Shown here one piece after another: positions 37,479 through 49,161 of a stretch of DNA of 64,000 bases; the first letter of the stretch is position 1, and every line of letters starts with the position of its first letter. The DNA lies in NCBI GenBank assembly GCA_964556225.1, contig CAZKVJ010000005.1:125651-189650 (forward strand), read 5' to 3'. A model generated the notes under the pieces. It saw only the letters and a list, made by a program, of their open reading frames with translations, searched no databases and was not told the origin of the DNA. Both the position numbers and the translations under genes were made by a program. This DNA is from an uncultured Ilumatobacteraceae bacterium (GTDB lineage Bacteria > Actinomycetota > Acidimicrobiia > Acidimicrobiales > Ilumatobacteraceae).

Positions 37479-38386
37479 CCACCGCCGTCGTGCTCATGTC
37501 GTACGGCACGCCGCCGACGCGCGAAGAGATCGAGCCGTACTACACCGACATCCGGCGCGGCCGGCCACCGACGCCAGAGCAGCTCGCCGACCTGACCGCT
37601 CGGTATGACGCGATCGGTGGCATCTCGCCCCTCGCGGAGCGGACCGAGGGGCAGCGGACTGCCCTCGCCGCTGCGCTCGACGCCCGCGCCCCGGGCAAGT
37701 TCACGGTGCTGCTCGGCACCAAGCACGCCACGCCGTCGATCGAGGATGCCGTACACCGAGCGCTCGCCGGCGGGGCGACGCGCATCGTCGCCCTCGTCCT
37801 GGCCCCTCACTACTCGCAGCTGTCGGTGGGCGAGTACCTGGCGCGGGTGCGTGCGGCCGCCGGACCGGTCGAGGTGGTCGGCATCGAGAGCTGGGCGACC
37901 GAGCCGGCCTTCGTCGACTTCCTGGCGCGCGAGGTCGCCACTGGCGTGGCCGCCATGCCCGCCCACACCAAGGTCCTCTTCACCGCCCACTCGCTCCCCG
38001 AGCGCATCCTCGCCACCGGTGACCGTTACCCCGACGAGGTGCGCGCCACGGCGACGGCCGTGGCAGCCCGGGCGGGGCTGGCCGGCTGGACCAGCTGGGC
38101 GGTGGCATGGCAGTCCGCCGGGCGCACGCCCGAGCCGTGGATCGGCCCCGACGTGCTCACCGTGATCGACGACCTCGCCGCCAGCGAGAACGCATCGGGG
38201 GTCCTCGTCTGCGCCTGCGGCTTCGTGGCCGACCACCTCGAGGTGCTCTACGACCTCGACATCGAGGCCCGAGCCCGGGCCGAGCGCGTCGGGCTCACGT
38301 TCGCTCGCACCGCGTGCGTCAACGACGATCCGGCGGTGATGGGTGCCCTGGCCGAGCGAATCATCACCGCCGGAAGGTCGAAGTGA
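37475..38386 (+). CDS. hemH: Ferrochelatase (coproporphyrin ferrochelatase type)
   Basis: VVLMSYGTP, LAPHYS, FTAHSLP and ACGFVADHLEVLYDLD. GTGA overlap with hemE. Confidence 0.9.
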   Translation: MTTAVVLMSYGTPPTREEIEPYYTDIRRGRPPTPEQLADLTARYDAIGGISPLAERTEGQRTALAAALDARAPGKFTVLLGTKHATPSIEDAVHRALAGGATRIVALVLAPHYSQLSVGEYLARVRAAAGPVEVVGIESWATEPAFVDFLAREVATGVAAMPAHTKVLFTAHSLPERILATGDRYPDEVRATATAVAARAGLAGWTSWAVAWQSAGRTPEPWIGPDVLTVIDDLAASENASGVLVCACGFVADHLEVLYDLDIEARARAERVGLTFARTACVNDDPAVMGALAERIITAGRSK

Positions 38387-39804
38387 CCGAGGCGACCATC
38401 GACCTCTCCGCACGACACGTCGTGGTCGTCGGCGCCGGCATCACCGGGCTCACCACGGCCTACCGGCTGTGCCAGGGCGAGCATCCCCCGACGATCACCG
38501 TGCTCGAGGCCGGCGAGCGCGTGGGCGGCAAGATCCTCACCAGTGCGTTCGCCGGCCGGCCTGCGGTGGACGAAGGCGGCGACGCCTACCTCGTGCGGGT
38601 GCCGTGGGCGGGCGCCCTCGCCCGCGAGCTCGGACTCGGCGACACGCTCACCTCCCCCGCCACGACCGGGGCGTCGATCTGGCATCGCCGGATGCACCCC
38701 ATACCGGAGGGGCTCCTGCTCGGGGTCCCGGCCGGCGCCGGCTCGCTCGCTCGGGGCTCGCTGCTCACGTGGCCGGGCAAGCTCAGGGCGGCGGCCGAGC
38801 CGCTGCTGCCCCGCACCGTCGTCGGGCCGGACCCTGACCACGACAACATCGGCACCTGGGTGCGGGCGCGCTTCGGCGACCAGGTCCACGAGCTCCTCGT
38901 GGACCCGCTCGTCGGCAGCATCTACGGTGCCGACACCGACCGCTTCAGCCTCGGCGCCGTGCCCCAGCTCGCCGACCTGGCGCGCGACCGCAGCGCCCTG
39001 CTGGGGGCACGGCGACGCCGCCGGGCGGCCACGGCGGGCGGACCGATCTTCGAGGTGCCCCGCGCCGGCATGGGCGCACTGGTCCGCGAGCTCACCGCCC
39101 GGCTCGGCGCCGCAGGGGTCACCGTGCGCACCGGCGCGCCGGTGACGGCCATCGAGCCGGGCGCGGGCCGTTACCGCGTCGACGGCATCGACGCCGACGC
39201 CGTGGTGATCGCCAGCCCGGCGCGGCCGAGCGCGGCGATGGTCCGCCCGCTGTCGGCCGACGCCGCCGCGCTGATGGGCGCCGTCGACCACGCCGGTGTC
39301 GTCATGGTCACCGTGCGGCTGCCGGCGAGCGAGCTGGCCGCGCCACTCCCGGGCACCGGCTACCTGGTGCCCAAGGCGGAACAGCGCACCGTGACGGCGG
39401 TGTCGTTCGGGTCGAACAAGTGGGAGCACTGGCGGCCCGCCGACGGGTCGGCCGTGCTGAGGGTGTCGCTCGGGCGGGACGGGCTGGTGCTCGACGACTG
39501 GGACGACGAGCGGCTGCTGACGGCAGCCCTCGACGAGACCGCCACCCACCTGCGGCCACTCCTGCGCTCCACGGTGCTCAGCCCCACCGAGGTGCGGATC
39601 TCACGCTGGCCGGGCGCGTTCCCCCAGTACCGGCCCGGCCACCTGCAGCGCGTCGAGCGGCTCGAGCGGGTGCTCGCCGATGCTGCGCCGGGCGTGGTGG
39701 TGGCCGGCGCCAGCCATCGGGGGATGGGCGTGCCGGCGTGCATCCAGCAGGCGGGCGCAGCGGCCGACGCCGTGCGCCGGCACCTCGCCGGGACGCCCGG
39801 TTGA
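38383..39804 (+). CDS. hemY: Protoporphyrinogen/coproporphyrinogen III oxidase (HemY/CgoX type)
   Basis: FAD motif VVVVGAGITGLTTAYRL, GGKI, and C-terminal GVVVAGASHRGMGVPACI. GTGA overlap with hemH. Confidence 0.88.
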   Translation: MTEATIDLSARHVVVVGAGITGLTTAYRLCQGEHPPTITVLEAGERVGGKILTSAFAGRPAVDEGGDAYLVRVPWAGALARELGLGDTLTSPATTGASIWHRRMHPIPEGLLLGVPAGAGSLARGSLLTWPGKLRAAAEPLLPRTVVGPDPDHDNIGTWVRARFGDQVHELLVDPLVGSIYGADTDRFSLGAVPQLADLARDRSALLGARRRRRAATAGGPIFEVPRAGMGALVRELTARLGAAGVTVRTGAPVTAIEPGAGRYRVDGIDADAVVIASPARPSAAMVRPLSADAAALMGAVDHAGVVMVTVRLPASELAAPLPGTGYLVPKAEQRTVTAVSFGSNKWEHWRPADGSAVLRVSLGRDGLVLDDWDDERLLTAALDETATHLRPLLRSTVLSPTEVRISRWPGAFPQYRPGHLQRVERLERVLADAAPGVVVAGASHRGMGVPACIQQAGAAADAVRRHLAGTPG

Positions 39805-39824
39805 CGGCGTGCGAAGATGGCGGG

Positions 39825-40472
39825 ATGACGCGTCGTGGCGCCACCTCGGTGACGCTGGCCCTGCTGGGGGTCGTGGCCGTCGCGCTCACCGGGTGCGGTA
39901 CCGAAGGTAGCGCTGAGACCATCGCGTCCGACGCCATCATGGCCACGACGACGACTGCCGTTGCGACACCGACCACCACTGCGCCCCGCCCCACGACCCC
40001 GCCCACGACGGAGGGGCCGACCACCACCACCAGCACGCTCCCCCAGCCCATCCCCCCGCCGCCGGAGGGGGCGACGGAGCCGCTCACGCTGATCGGCGGC
40101 ATCGAGATCCCCACCCTCGGGGTGACGAAGTGGCTCTACGAGGGCATCACGATCCCGACGCTCGACCACGGCCCCGGCCACTGGCCCGGCAGCGCCATGC
40201 CCGGCCAGCCCGGCAACGTGGTGATCGCCGGCCACCGCACCAGCAAGGACCACCCGTTCCGCGACATCGACCGCCTCGTCGCCGGTGACCCCATCATCGT
40301 CACCACCGACCAGGGCAGCTACACCTATCGAGTGATCGGCACCATGGTCGTCGACCCGGAGGCGCTGTGGATCACGACGCAAACACCCGAACCGCACCTG
40401 ACCCTGTTCGCCTGCCATCCGCCGGGCTCCACCCGCCAACGCCTCATCGTCTACGCCGAGCTCGCGGCGTGA
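39825..40472 (+). CDS. Sortase family transpeptidase (membrane/lipobox-anchored, Thr/Pro-rich linker)
   Basis: GNVVIAGHRT (His), TLFACHPPGS (TLxTC-like Cys) and RQRLIVYA (Arg). Confidence 0.8.
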   Translation: MTRRGATSVTLALLGVVAVALTGCGTEGSAETIASDAIMATTTTAVATPTTTAPRPTTPPTTEGPTTTTSTLPQPIPPPPEGATEPLTLIGGIEIPTLGVTKWLYEGITIPTLDHGPGHWPGSAMPGQPGNVVIAGHRTSKDHPFRDIDRLVAGDPIIVTTDQGSYTYRVIGTMVVDPEALWITTQTPEPHLTLFACHPPGSTRQRLIVYAELAA

Positions 40473-41947
40473 TCCCTGCGCTGGCCCTCGGGGCCGGGCT
40501 GCTCGTGGCGCTCTCGTTGCCGCCGTGGGGCTGGTGGCCGCTCTCGTTCATCGGCGTGGCGCTGTTCGCCGGCGCACTCGATGCCCGCGGTGGCGCAGCG
40601 TCGGCGAGGCGACGGTTCCTCTACGGGCTCCTGTTCGGCATCGGCTGGCTGGCACCGGCGATGGCCTGGATGTGGTTCCTGTCGGCGCCCGGCTACGTGG
40701 CGGCCACGCTCGTGTTCGCGTCACTCCACGGCTTGGCCGAGGTCGTCGCCCCGGCGACCGGCCGGTGGCGGGTGATCGGGCGGCCCGCCGCACACACCCT
40801 CGTCGAGGCGCTGCGATTCAGCTTCCCGTTCGGCGGCGTCCCGCTGGCCAGCCTGGCCATCGCCCAGGCCGCCGGCCCGCTGGCCCCGATCGTGCGGGTC
40901 GGCGGTGCCATCCTCCTCACCTGGGTGGTGTTCCAGATCGGGTTCTCGCTCGGCACCCGGGTCAGCGCGTCGCGGTCGCTTCGCCGGCCGTCGCTCGACC
41001 TGACCCCGCTGTGGGGGCTGGCCGGCGCCGGCGCGGTGCTGCTGCTGGCGTTCGTCGCCCCTCAGGGCCACGGAACGGGCCAGGTGCTGCGCATCGCCGC
41101 GGTCCAAGGCGGTGGCCCCCAGGGCACCCACGCCATCGACACCGACGCTCGTGAGGTCGTCGAGCGGCACCTGGCCGCCACGCGGGCCATCCCCGCCTCC
41201 GAGGACCTCGACCTGGTGGTGTGGCCCGAGAACGTGATCGACGTCGTCTCGTTCGCCACCAGCCAGGAGCTGGGCGAGGTGACCGAGCAGGCCGAGCGGC
41301 TGGGGGTCCCGGTGCTCGTCGGCATCACCGAGGACGCCGGCGACTCCTTCGTCAACGCCCAGGTCGTGGTCCTGCCGAGCGGTGAGGTGTCGAGCCGGTA
41401 CGAGAAAGTGCGCCGGGTGCCCTTCGGCGAGTACATGCCGCTGCGGGGCCTGCTGGCGGCGATCGGCGCACCGGTCGACCGGGTGCCCCGTGACGCGCGA
41501 CCGGGGACCGGCCCGGCCGTGCTCGAGACCCCCGCCGGGACGATGGCGGTGGTGATCTCGTGGGAGGTCTTCTTCGGCGGGCGGGTCCGTGAGGGCGTCA
41601 CCGAGGGCGGCGGCGTGGTCCTGAACCCGACCAACGGCTCGAGCTACACCGGCACGATCCTGCAGACCCAGCAAGTGGCGTCGTCCCGGCTGCGCGCCCT
41701 GGAGAGCGGGCGGTGGGTGGTCCAGGTCTCCCCCACCGGGTTCAGCGCGTTCGTGTCGCCGGGCGCCGACGTCGTCGACCGCACCGCCGTCAGCGAGCAG
41801 GCGGTCATCGTCCACGACGTCGAGGTGCACTCCGGGCTGACCTGGTACCACCGCATCGACGACGCCCCGGTCATCGTGGCGGCGTTCGCCACGCTGGTCG
41901 TCACGATCGTCGCGACCCGCCGGGCGGCGTCTCGATCATCAGGGTGA
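40469..41947 (+). CDS. lnt: Apolipoprotein N-acyltransferase homologue (CN-hydrolase domain with Ser at the nucleophile position)
   Basis: The N-terminal part is polytopic membrane. The CN-hydrolase part has VVWPENV (Glu) and YEKVRRVPFGEYMP (Lys), but VVISWEVFF where E. coli has ICYE. GTGA overlap with the sortase gene. Confidence 0.8.
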   Translation: MIPALALGAGLLVALSLPPWGWWPLSFIGVALFAGALDARGGAASARRRFLYGLLFGIGWLAPAMAWMWFLSAPGYVAATLVFASLHGLAEVVAPATGRWRVIGRPAAHTLVEALRFSFPFGGVPLASLAIAQAAGPLAPIVRVGGAILLTWVVFQIGFSLGTRVSASRSLRRPSLDLTPLWGLAGAGAVLLLAFVAPQGHGTGQVLRIAAVQGGGPQGTHAIDTDAREVVERHLAATRAIPASEDLDLVVWPENVIDVVSFATSQELGEVTEQAERLGVPVLVGITEDAGDSFVNAQVVVLPSGEVSSRYEKVRRVPFGEYMPLRGLLAAIGAPVDRVPRDARPGTGPAVLETPAGTMAVVISWEVFFGGRVREGVTEGGGVVLNPTNGSSYTGTILQTQQVASSRLRALESGRWVVQVSPTGFSAFVSPGADVVDRTAVSEQAVIVHDVEVHSGLTWYHRIDDAPVIVAAFATLVVTIVATRRAASRSSG

Positions 41948-42374
41948 CCGGCCCGTCGTTCACGAGCGCGACTCGCATGGCCGCCCGGAAGCGCCCCGTG
42001 GCCACGGTCGCACCCAGCCGCCTGAGCTCGTCGACCACCGCGTGGACCAGCGGCTCGGCCTGCTCCGGTCTCGCTGCGCGCGACCAGCCCGGTCGGCGTC
42101 CTCTGGTCGCATCGCCGTAGAGCGTGAACTGGCTCACCACCAGCACCGCGCCCGTCGTGTCGGCGACGGCCCGGTTCATCACCCCGGCGTCGTCGTCGAA
42201 CACCCGCAGGTTCCACAGCTTGCCGGCCAGCCAGCGAGCCTCGGCCTCGGTGTCGTCGTGGGTGACGCCGATCAGGGCCAACAGCCCGGGACCGATCCGC
42301 CCGACCACGTCGGACCGCTCGCCGTCGACCACCTCGACCGACGCCTCCGTGACCCGCTGGACGAGCGCTCGCAC
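41901..42374 (-). CDS. dtd: D-aminoacyl-tRNA deacylase
   Basis: MRALVQRV, SQFTLYGD and NDGPVTL. Confidence 0.92.
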   Translation of the reverse strand: MRALVQRVTEASVEVVDGERSDVVGRIGPGLLALIGVTHDDTEAEARWLAGKLWNLRVFDDDAGVMNRAVADTTGAVLVVSQFTLYGDATRGRRPGWSRAARPEQAEPLVHAVVDELRRLGATVATGRFRAAMRVALVNDGPVTLMIETPPGGSRRS

Positions 42375-42415
42375 GGGCCGATGATGCCCGATCCGCGAGC
42401 GCGAGACTGCACGGC

Positions 42416-43240
42416 GTGCACGACGTGGTGGTGCTGAGCGCCGAGGGGGTGCGGGCCGAGGTCGTGCCCTCCTGCGGCGGCCGGCTCGGCGCGCTGACGA
42501 TCGCCGGACTCGACGTGCTGGTCACCGGGACGCCGGGTGACGACCCGCTGCAATGGGGCTGCTACCCGATGGTCCCCTGGGCCGGGCGGGTGCGACGCGG
42601 CAGGTTCCGCTTCGCCGGCGTCGACCACGAGCTGGAACCCAACCTCCCACCCCATGCCATCCACGGCACCGGGTTCCGGCGCGCCTGGGACGTCGTGACA
42701 GCCTCACCCGGACGGGTCGACATGGTCACCGACCTCGGTCCCGGCTGGCCGCTCGGCGGGACAGCCACGAGTCGCATCGAGCTCACGGCCCAGGGTCTGC
42801 GGTGGGAGCTGGCGGTGGTCGCCGACCGGCGACCGATGCCCGCCCAGGTCGGGTGGCATCCCTGGTTCGTCAAGCCGGCGGCAGCCGATCTGCGCTTCGC
42901 CCGGATGCTCGTGCGCGACGACGACGGGATCCCGACCGGTGAGACGATCCCGCCCCCGCCGGGGCCGTGGGACGACTGCTTCGAGGAGCCACTGGCACCG
43001 CTGCGCCTCCGCTACGGCGCTGCGAGCACCGCCCTCGACGTGGAGGTGAGCTCCGACTGCTCCTGCTGGGTGGTCTACGACCAGCCCCACCATGCCACCT
43101 GTGTCGAGCCGCAGTCAGGTCCTCCGGACGGGCTCACGATCCGTCCGGACGTGCTGGCTGCCGGGGACCGCCTGGCGCGCTGGATGCAGATCACCTGGCA
43201 CCGGGACGCCGGCACCGCTCCCTCGCCTACCGTCCGGTAG
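42416..43240 (+). CDS. Aldose 1-epimerase family protein
   Basis: GGRLGALTI, YPMVPWAGRV and HAIHGTGF are typical of the short aldose-epimerase family. GTG start. Confidence 0.75.
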   Translation: MHDVVVLSAEGVRAEVVPSCGGRLGALTIAGLDVLVTGTPGDDPLQWGCYPMVPWAGRVRRGRFRFAGVDHELEPNLPPHAIHGTGFRRAWDVVTASPGRVDMVTDLGPGWPLGGTATSRIELTAQGLRWELAVVADRRPMPAQVGWHPWFVKPAAADLRFARMLVRDDDGIPTGETIPPPPGPWDDCFEEPLAPLRLRYGAASTALDVEVSSDCSCWVVYDQPHHATCVEPQSGPPDGLTIRPDVLAAGDRLARWMQITWHRDAGTAPSPTVR

Positions 43241-43265
43241 CGGGCCGCCGATAGGCTGATCAGCC

Positions 43266-44558
43266 ATGCGTCCCGCCGTGGACCCTGACGCGCCGCTGCA
43301 CATCGCCTACCTGACCTACCGGGGAAAGCCGCACGTGGGCGGGCAGGGCGTGTACACCCGCCACCTCACCAAGGCCCTCGTGGACCTCGGCCACCAGGTC
43401 GAGGTCCTGGCCGGCCAGCCGTACCCCGTGCTCGACGAGCGGGTCCCGATGACGAAGCTGGCGAGCCTCGACATCTTCAACGACCACTACCCCGGACGGC
43501 TGCCCGCCTACTGGGAGCACAAGAGCTGGGCCGACGTGGTCGAGACCGCCCAGTTCCTGACCGGGACGTTCAGCGAACCGCTGTCGTTCAGCGTCCGGGC
43601 GTACCAGGAGCTGAAGCGACGGACGGGGGAGTTCGACCTGATCCACGACAACCAGTGCCTCGGCTACGGGATGCTGGCGCTGGAGAAGCTGATCCCCACG
43701 ATCGTCACCCTGCACCACCCCATCACGAAAGACCGTGAGCTCGAGATCAGCCACGCGCCGAACTGGCGCAAGCGGATGTCGGTCAGCCGCTGGTACTCGT
43801 TCGTGAAGATGCAGGGCCGCGTCGCCAGCCGGATGCCGCGCATCGTGGTGGTGAGCGAGAACTCCATCAAGGACATCCACGCCGACATGGGCGTCTCCTA
43901 CGACCGGATGCGCCTGGTCCCCGTGGGGGTCGACCCGGATCTGTTCCGCCCACTGCCGGGCGTCGCCCGCACCCCCGGCCGGCTCATCACCACGGCGTCC
44001 GCCGACGTGGCGCTGAAGGGCCTGTCGTACCTGCTCGAGGCCGTCGCCAAGCTCCGCACCGAGCGCGACGTCACGCTCACCATCATCGGCAAGCCCAAGC
44101 CGGGCAAGTCCGCCGACCTCATCGACCAGCTCGGCCTGCGCGACCAAATCGAGTTCGTGTCCGGCGTGCCCGACGAGCGCATCGTCGAGCTCTACGCCGA
44201 GGCCGAGCTGGCGGTGGTCCCCAGCCTCTACGAGGGGTTCAGCCTGCCGGCCATCGAGGCGATGAGCACCGGCATCTGCCTCGTCGCCACCGACGGCGGC
44301 GCGCTGCCCGAGGTCACCGGACGCGACGGTGAGACGGTGCTGTCCTGCCCGGCCGGCGACGCCGATGCGCTCGCCACCGCGATCCAGCGGGGGCTTGACC
44401 ATCCCGAGCTGCGCGACCGGATCGGCGCGGCGGGGCGCCAGCGCGTCGTCGAGCGGTGGAGCTGGCGGCACTGCGCGCAGCAGACGGTCGACCAGTACCG
44501 CGAGGTGCTGGCGATGCCACAGAACGTGGAGAAGCTGCGCCGGAACGGTCGGCTCTGA
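43266..44558 (+). CDS. Glycosyltransferase family 4 (GT-B)
   Basis: HVGGQGVYTRHL, and a C-terminal EGFSLPAIEAMSTG (E-x7-E region). Confidence 0.88.
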   Translation: MRPAVDPDAPLHIAYLTYRGKPHVGGQGVYTRHLTKALVDLGHQVEVLAGQPYPVLDERVPMTKLASLDIFNDHYPGRLPAYWEHKSWADVVETAQFLTGTFSEPLSFSVRAYQELKRRTGEFDLIHDNQCLGYGMLALEKLIPTIVTLHHPITKDRELEISHAPNWRKRMSVSRWYSFVKMQGRVASRMPRIVVVSENSIKDIHADMGVSYDRMRLVPVGVDPDLFRPLPGVARTPGRLITTASADVALKGLSYLLEAVAKLRTERDVTLTIIGKPKPGKSADLIDQLGLRDQIEFVSGVPDERIVELYAEAELAVVPSLYEGFSLPAIEAMSTGICLVATDGGALPEVTGRDGETVLSCPAGDADALATAIQRGLDHPELRDRIGAAGRQRVVERWSWRHCAQQTVDQYREVLAMPQNVEKLRRNGRL

Positions 44559-44568
44559 GGATCGACCC

Positions 44569-45336
44569 GTGCTGACCGTCCGCTTCGACCGGCTGGGGCT
44601 CGTGCCCGGCGACCTGTTCCTCGACGCCGGGGCCGGCTTCGGCCGTCACGCCTTCGAGGCGGCGCGGCGAGGCGCCCGGGTCGTCGCGCTCGACTACGCC
44701 GCCGACGAGGTCGACGGGACGCGAGCCACCTTCGGCGGCATGGTCGACGCAGGCGAGATCCCCCTCAGCCGCTACGTCGGCGTGCTCCGGGGTGACGCCA
44801 CCCGGCTCCCCTTCCCCGAGGCCACGTTCGACCGCGTGGTCACCAGCGAGGTGCTCGAGCACATCCAAGACGACGTGACCGCGCTCTCCGAGCTGGTCCG
44901 GGTGCTCCGACCCGGCGGGACCCTGGCCGTCACGGTTCCCACCTGGTGGCCCGAGAAGGTCAACTGGATGCTGTCCGACGACTACCACGCGCCGGCGGTC
45001 ACCGGCGGGCACGTGCGGATCTACTCGGAGACCGAGCTGCGGGCGAAGCTCCGAGCCGCCGGGCTCGACCTGGTCGGGAGCCACCACGCGCACGCCCTGC
45101 ACACGCCGTACTGGTGGCTGCGCTGCGCCGTCGGGCCGCGCAACGACGACCACCCCGCCGTGCGGACGTACCGGCGGTTCCTCGAGTGGGACATCGTCCG
45201 CCAACCGCGCAGCACCAAGGTCGCCGAGCGGGTCCTGTCCCCGATGCTCGGCAAGAGCCTGGTGCTGTACGGCCACAAGCCGGGCACCCACCGCGGCCGC
45301 GTGCGCGCTCGCGCCACGCTCGGGAGCGCCGGGTGA
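44569..45336 (+). CDS. Class I SAM-dependent methyltransferase
   Basis: Motif I LDAGAGFGRH, post-I VVALDY, and LRPGGTLAVTVP. GTG start. Confidence 0.85.
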   Translation: MLTVRFDRLGLVPGDLFLDAGAGFGRHAFEAARRGARVVALDYAADEVDGTRATFGGMVDAGEIPLSRYVGVLRGDATRLPFPEATFDRVVTSEVLEHIQDDVTALSELVRVLRPGGTLAVTVPTWWPEKVNWMLSDDYHAPAVTGGHVRIYSETELRAKLRAAGLDLVGSHHAHALHTPYWWLRCAVGPRNDDHPAVRTYRRFLEWDIVRQPRSTKVAERVLSPMLGKSLVLYGHKPGTHRGRVRARATLGSAG

Positions 45337-46358
45337 GCCGGCTCCCGGACCTGCCCGGGGTCCTCAGCGCCGAGGAGGTGGCGACGACGGCCGAGTCCAT
45401 CACCGCCCTGCAGCTGGCCAACGGGATGATCCCGTGGTTCGAGGGCGGGCACTGCGATCCGTGGAACCACGTCGAGACCGCCATGGCGCTCGACGTGGCC
45501 GGCCGCCACCAGGAAGCCGAGCGGGCCTACGAGTGGCTGGTGGCGACCCAGCGACCCGACGGCGCGTGGCACAACTACTACCGCTCGGACGGCAGCGTCG
45601 AGGACGCCAAGCTCGACACGAACGTGTGCGCCTACGTGGCCGCCGGCGTGTGGCACCACTGGCTGTGCACGTGGGACCGGGCGTTCGTCGACCACCTCTG
45701 GCCGACGGTGGAGCGGGCCCTCGACTGGGTGCTCACCCTCCAGCAGCGCGACGGGACGATCCTCTGGGCGCGCGAGGAGGAGTCGTGCCCCTGGGACTAC
45801 GCGCTGCTCACCGGCTCGTGCTCCATCTGGCACGCCCTGGAGTGCGGGGTGCGCCTGGCCGACCTCATCAACGAGCCGAGAGCCCACTGGGCGCTGGCAG
45901 CACACGACCTGCGCACCGCCATCGTCGAGCAGCCCGAGGCCTTCGAGCCGAAGGTGCGCTGGGCGATGGACTGGTACTACCCCGTGCTCACCGGCGCCCT
46001 TCGGGGCGAGGGTGCCAAGGCCCGCCTGGCCGAGAGCTGGGACCTGTTCGTCCTCGACGGGCGGGGCGTGCGCTGCGTCAACGACGAGCCGTGGGTGACG
46101 GCGGCGGAGACCGCCGAGTGCTCGCTCGCTCACGCCGCGATCGGCGACCTGGACACGGCGATCGACCTACTGCGCTGGACCCGAGCCCACCGCTGCGACG
46201 ACGGCGCCTACACCACGGGCCTGGTGTACCCCGAGCAGACCACGTTCCCGGCCGCCGAGCGCACCGCCTACACCAGCGCCGCCGTCATCCTCGCCGCCGA
46301 CGCCATCGACCGGGCCTCCAACGCCTCGGCGCTGTTCCTCCACACCGAACCCGACTGA
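45333..46358 (+). CDS. Alpha/alpha-toroid protein (prenyltransferase/squalene-oxidase-repeat-like or glycoside-hydrolase-like)
   Basis: Repeated Trp/Asp-rich helical hairpins (QLANGMIPWFEGG, TQRPDGAWHNYY, LQQRDGTILWA). GTGA overlap with the methyltransferase. Confidence 0.6.
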   Translation: MSRLPDLPGVLSAEEVATTAESITALQLANGMIPWFEGGHCDPWNHVETAMALDVAGRHQEAERAYEWLVATQRPDGAWHNYYRSDGSVEDAKLDTNVCAYVAAGVWHHWLCTWDRAFVDHLWPTVERALDWVLTLQQRDGTILWAREEESCPWDYALLTGSCSIWHALECGVRLADLINEPRAHWALAAHDLRTAIVEQPEAFEPKVRWAMDWYYPVLTGALRGEGAKARLAESWDLFVLDGRGVRCVNDEPWVTAAETAECSLAHAAIGDLDTAIDLLRWTRAHRCDDGAYTTGLVYPEQTTFPAAERTAYTSAAVILAADAIDRASNASALFLHTEPD

Positions 46359-46369
46359 ACGTCGGGTTC
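46347..46369 (+). terminator. Perfect 9-bp hairpin GAACCCGAC-TGAAC-GTCGGGTTC spanning the stop codon
   Basis: Read directly. The loop contains the TGA of the 45333..46358 gene. There is no clear U-tract. Confidence 0.4.
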
Positions 46370-46381
46370 TATGCGGCGAAG

Positions 46382-46398
46382 CCTGCGCTGAACGCAGG
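46382..46398. terminator. Hairpin CCTGCG-CTGAA-CGCAGG in a convergent intergenic gap
   Basis: Read directly. It lies between convergent genes ending at 46358 (+) and 46418 (-). Confidence 0.35.
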
Positions 46399-46417
46399 GA
46401 TCGACGCCCGAACGCGA

Positions 46418-48249
<1,832 letters not shown>

Positions 48250-48306
48250 GGAGGGGAGACCGTACCCGCCTGCGGGGGTCCGTGGCACCCGTGCCAACAT
48301 GGCCGG

Positions 48307-49161
48307 ATGCCGACCGCGTTGGACGACCTGGTCACGTTGCTCGACCTGGAGGCCATCGAGGTCAACGTCTTCCGGGGACGGTCGCCGGACGAGAACCGCC
48401 AGCGGGTGTTCGGCGGCCAGGTCGCCGGGCAAGCCCTCGTGGCCGCCGGGCGCACGATCGACGAGTTCGGCCGGTCGGTGCACTCGCTCCATGCCTACTT
48501 CCTGCGGCCGGGCGACCCGACCATCCCGATCCTCTACGAGGTCGACCGGGTGCGCGACGGGCGCAGCTTCTCCACCCGCCGGGTGATGGCGATCCAGCAC
48601 GGCGAGGCCATCTTCGTGCTCCACGCCAGCTTCCACGTGCACGAGCCCGGGCTCGACCACCAGGTGCCCATGCCCGACGGTGTCCCGGACCCCGAGTCGC
48701 TGCCGGACTTCAAGACCCGTATGGCGCCGCACCGCGAGCGGCTGGGCGAGATGTACGACCGGCCCCGTCCGATCGACCTTCGCTACGTCGACGCCGACCC
48801 CATGAGCCGGCGAGGCGTCCCCTCGCCCGGGCAGCGGGTGTGGCTGCGCGCCGACGGCCGGCTGCCCGACGACTCCGTGCTGCACACGTGCATCGTCACG
48901 TACGCCTCCGACATGACGCTGCTCGACACCAGCCTGCTGCCGTTCGGGCTGGCGTGGGGTGACCCCGGCGTGCAGATGGCGAGCCTCGACCACGCCATGT
49001 GGTTCCACCGTCCCTTCCGAGCCGACGAGTGGCTGCTCTACGACCAGTGGGCCATCTCCACCTCGAACGCTCGGGGGCTGGCCGGTGGCTCCATCTTCAA
49101 CCGGTCCGGCGAGCTGGTGGTCACCGTGGTCCAAGAGGGTCTGGCCCGAGTGCCGCGATGA
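48307..49161 (+). CDS. tesB: Acyl-CoA thioesterase II
   Basis: LLDLEAIEVNVFRG, VFGGQVAGQAL, HSLHAYFLRPGD and SLDHAMWFH. Confidence 0.9.
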   Translation: MPTALDDLVTLLDLEAIEVNVFRGRSPDENRQRVFGGQVAGQALVAAGRTIDEFGRSVHSLHAYFLRPGDPTIPILYEVDRVRDGRSFSTRRVMAIQHGEAIFVLHASFHVHEPGLDHQVPMPDGVPDPESLPDFKTRMAPHRERLGEMYDRPRPIDLRYVDADPMSRRGVPSPGQRVWLRADGRLPDDSVLHTCIVTYASDMTLLDTSLLPFGLAWGDPGVQMASLDHAMWFHRPFRADEWLLYDQWAISTSNARGLAGGSIFNRSGELVVTVVQEGLARVPR

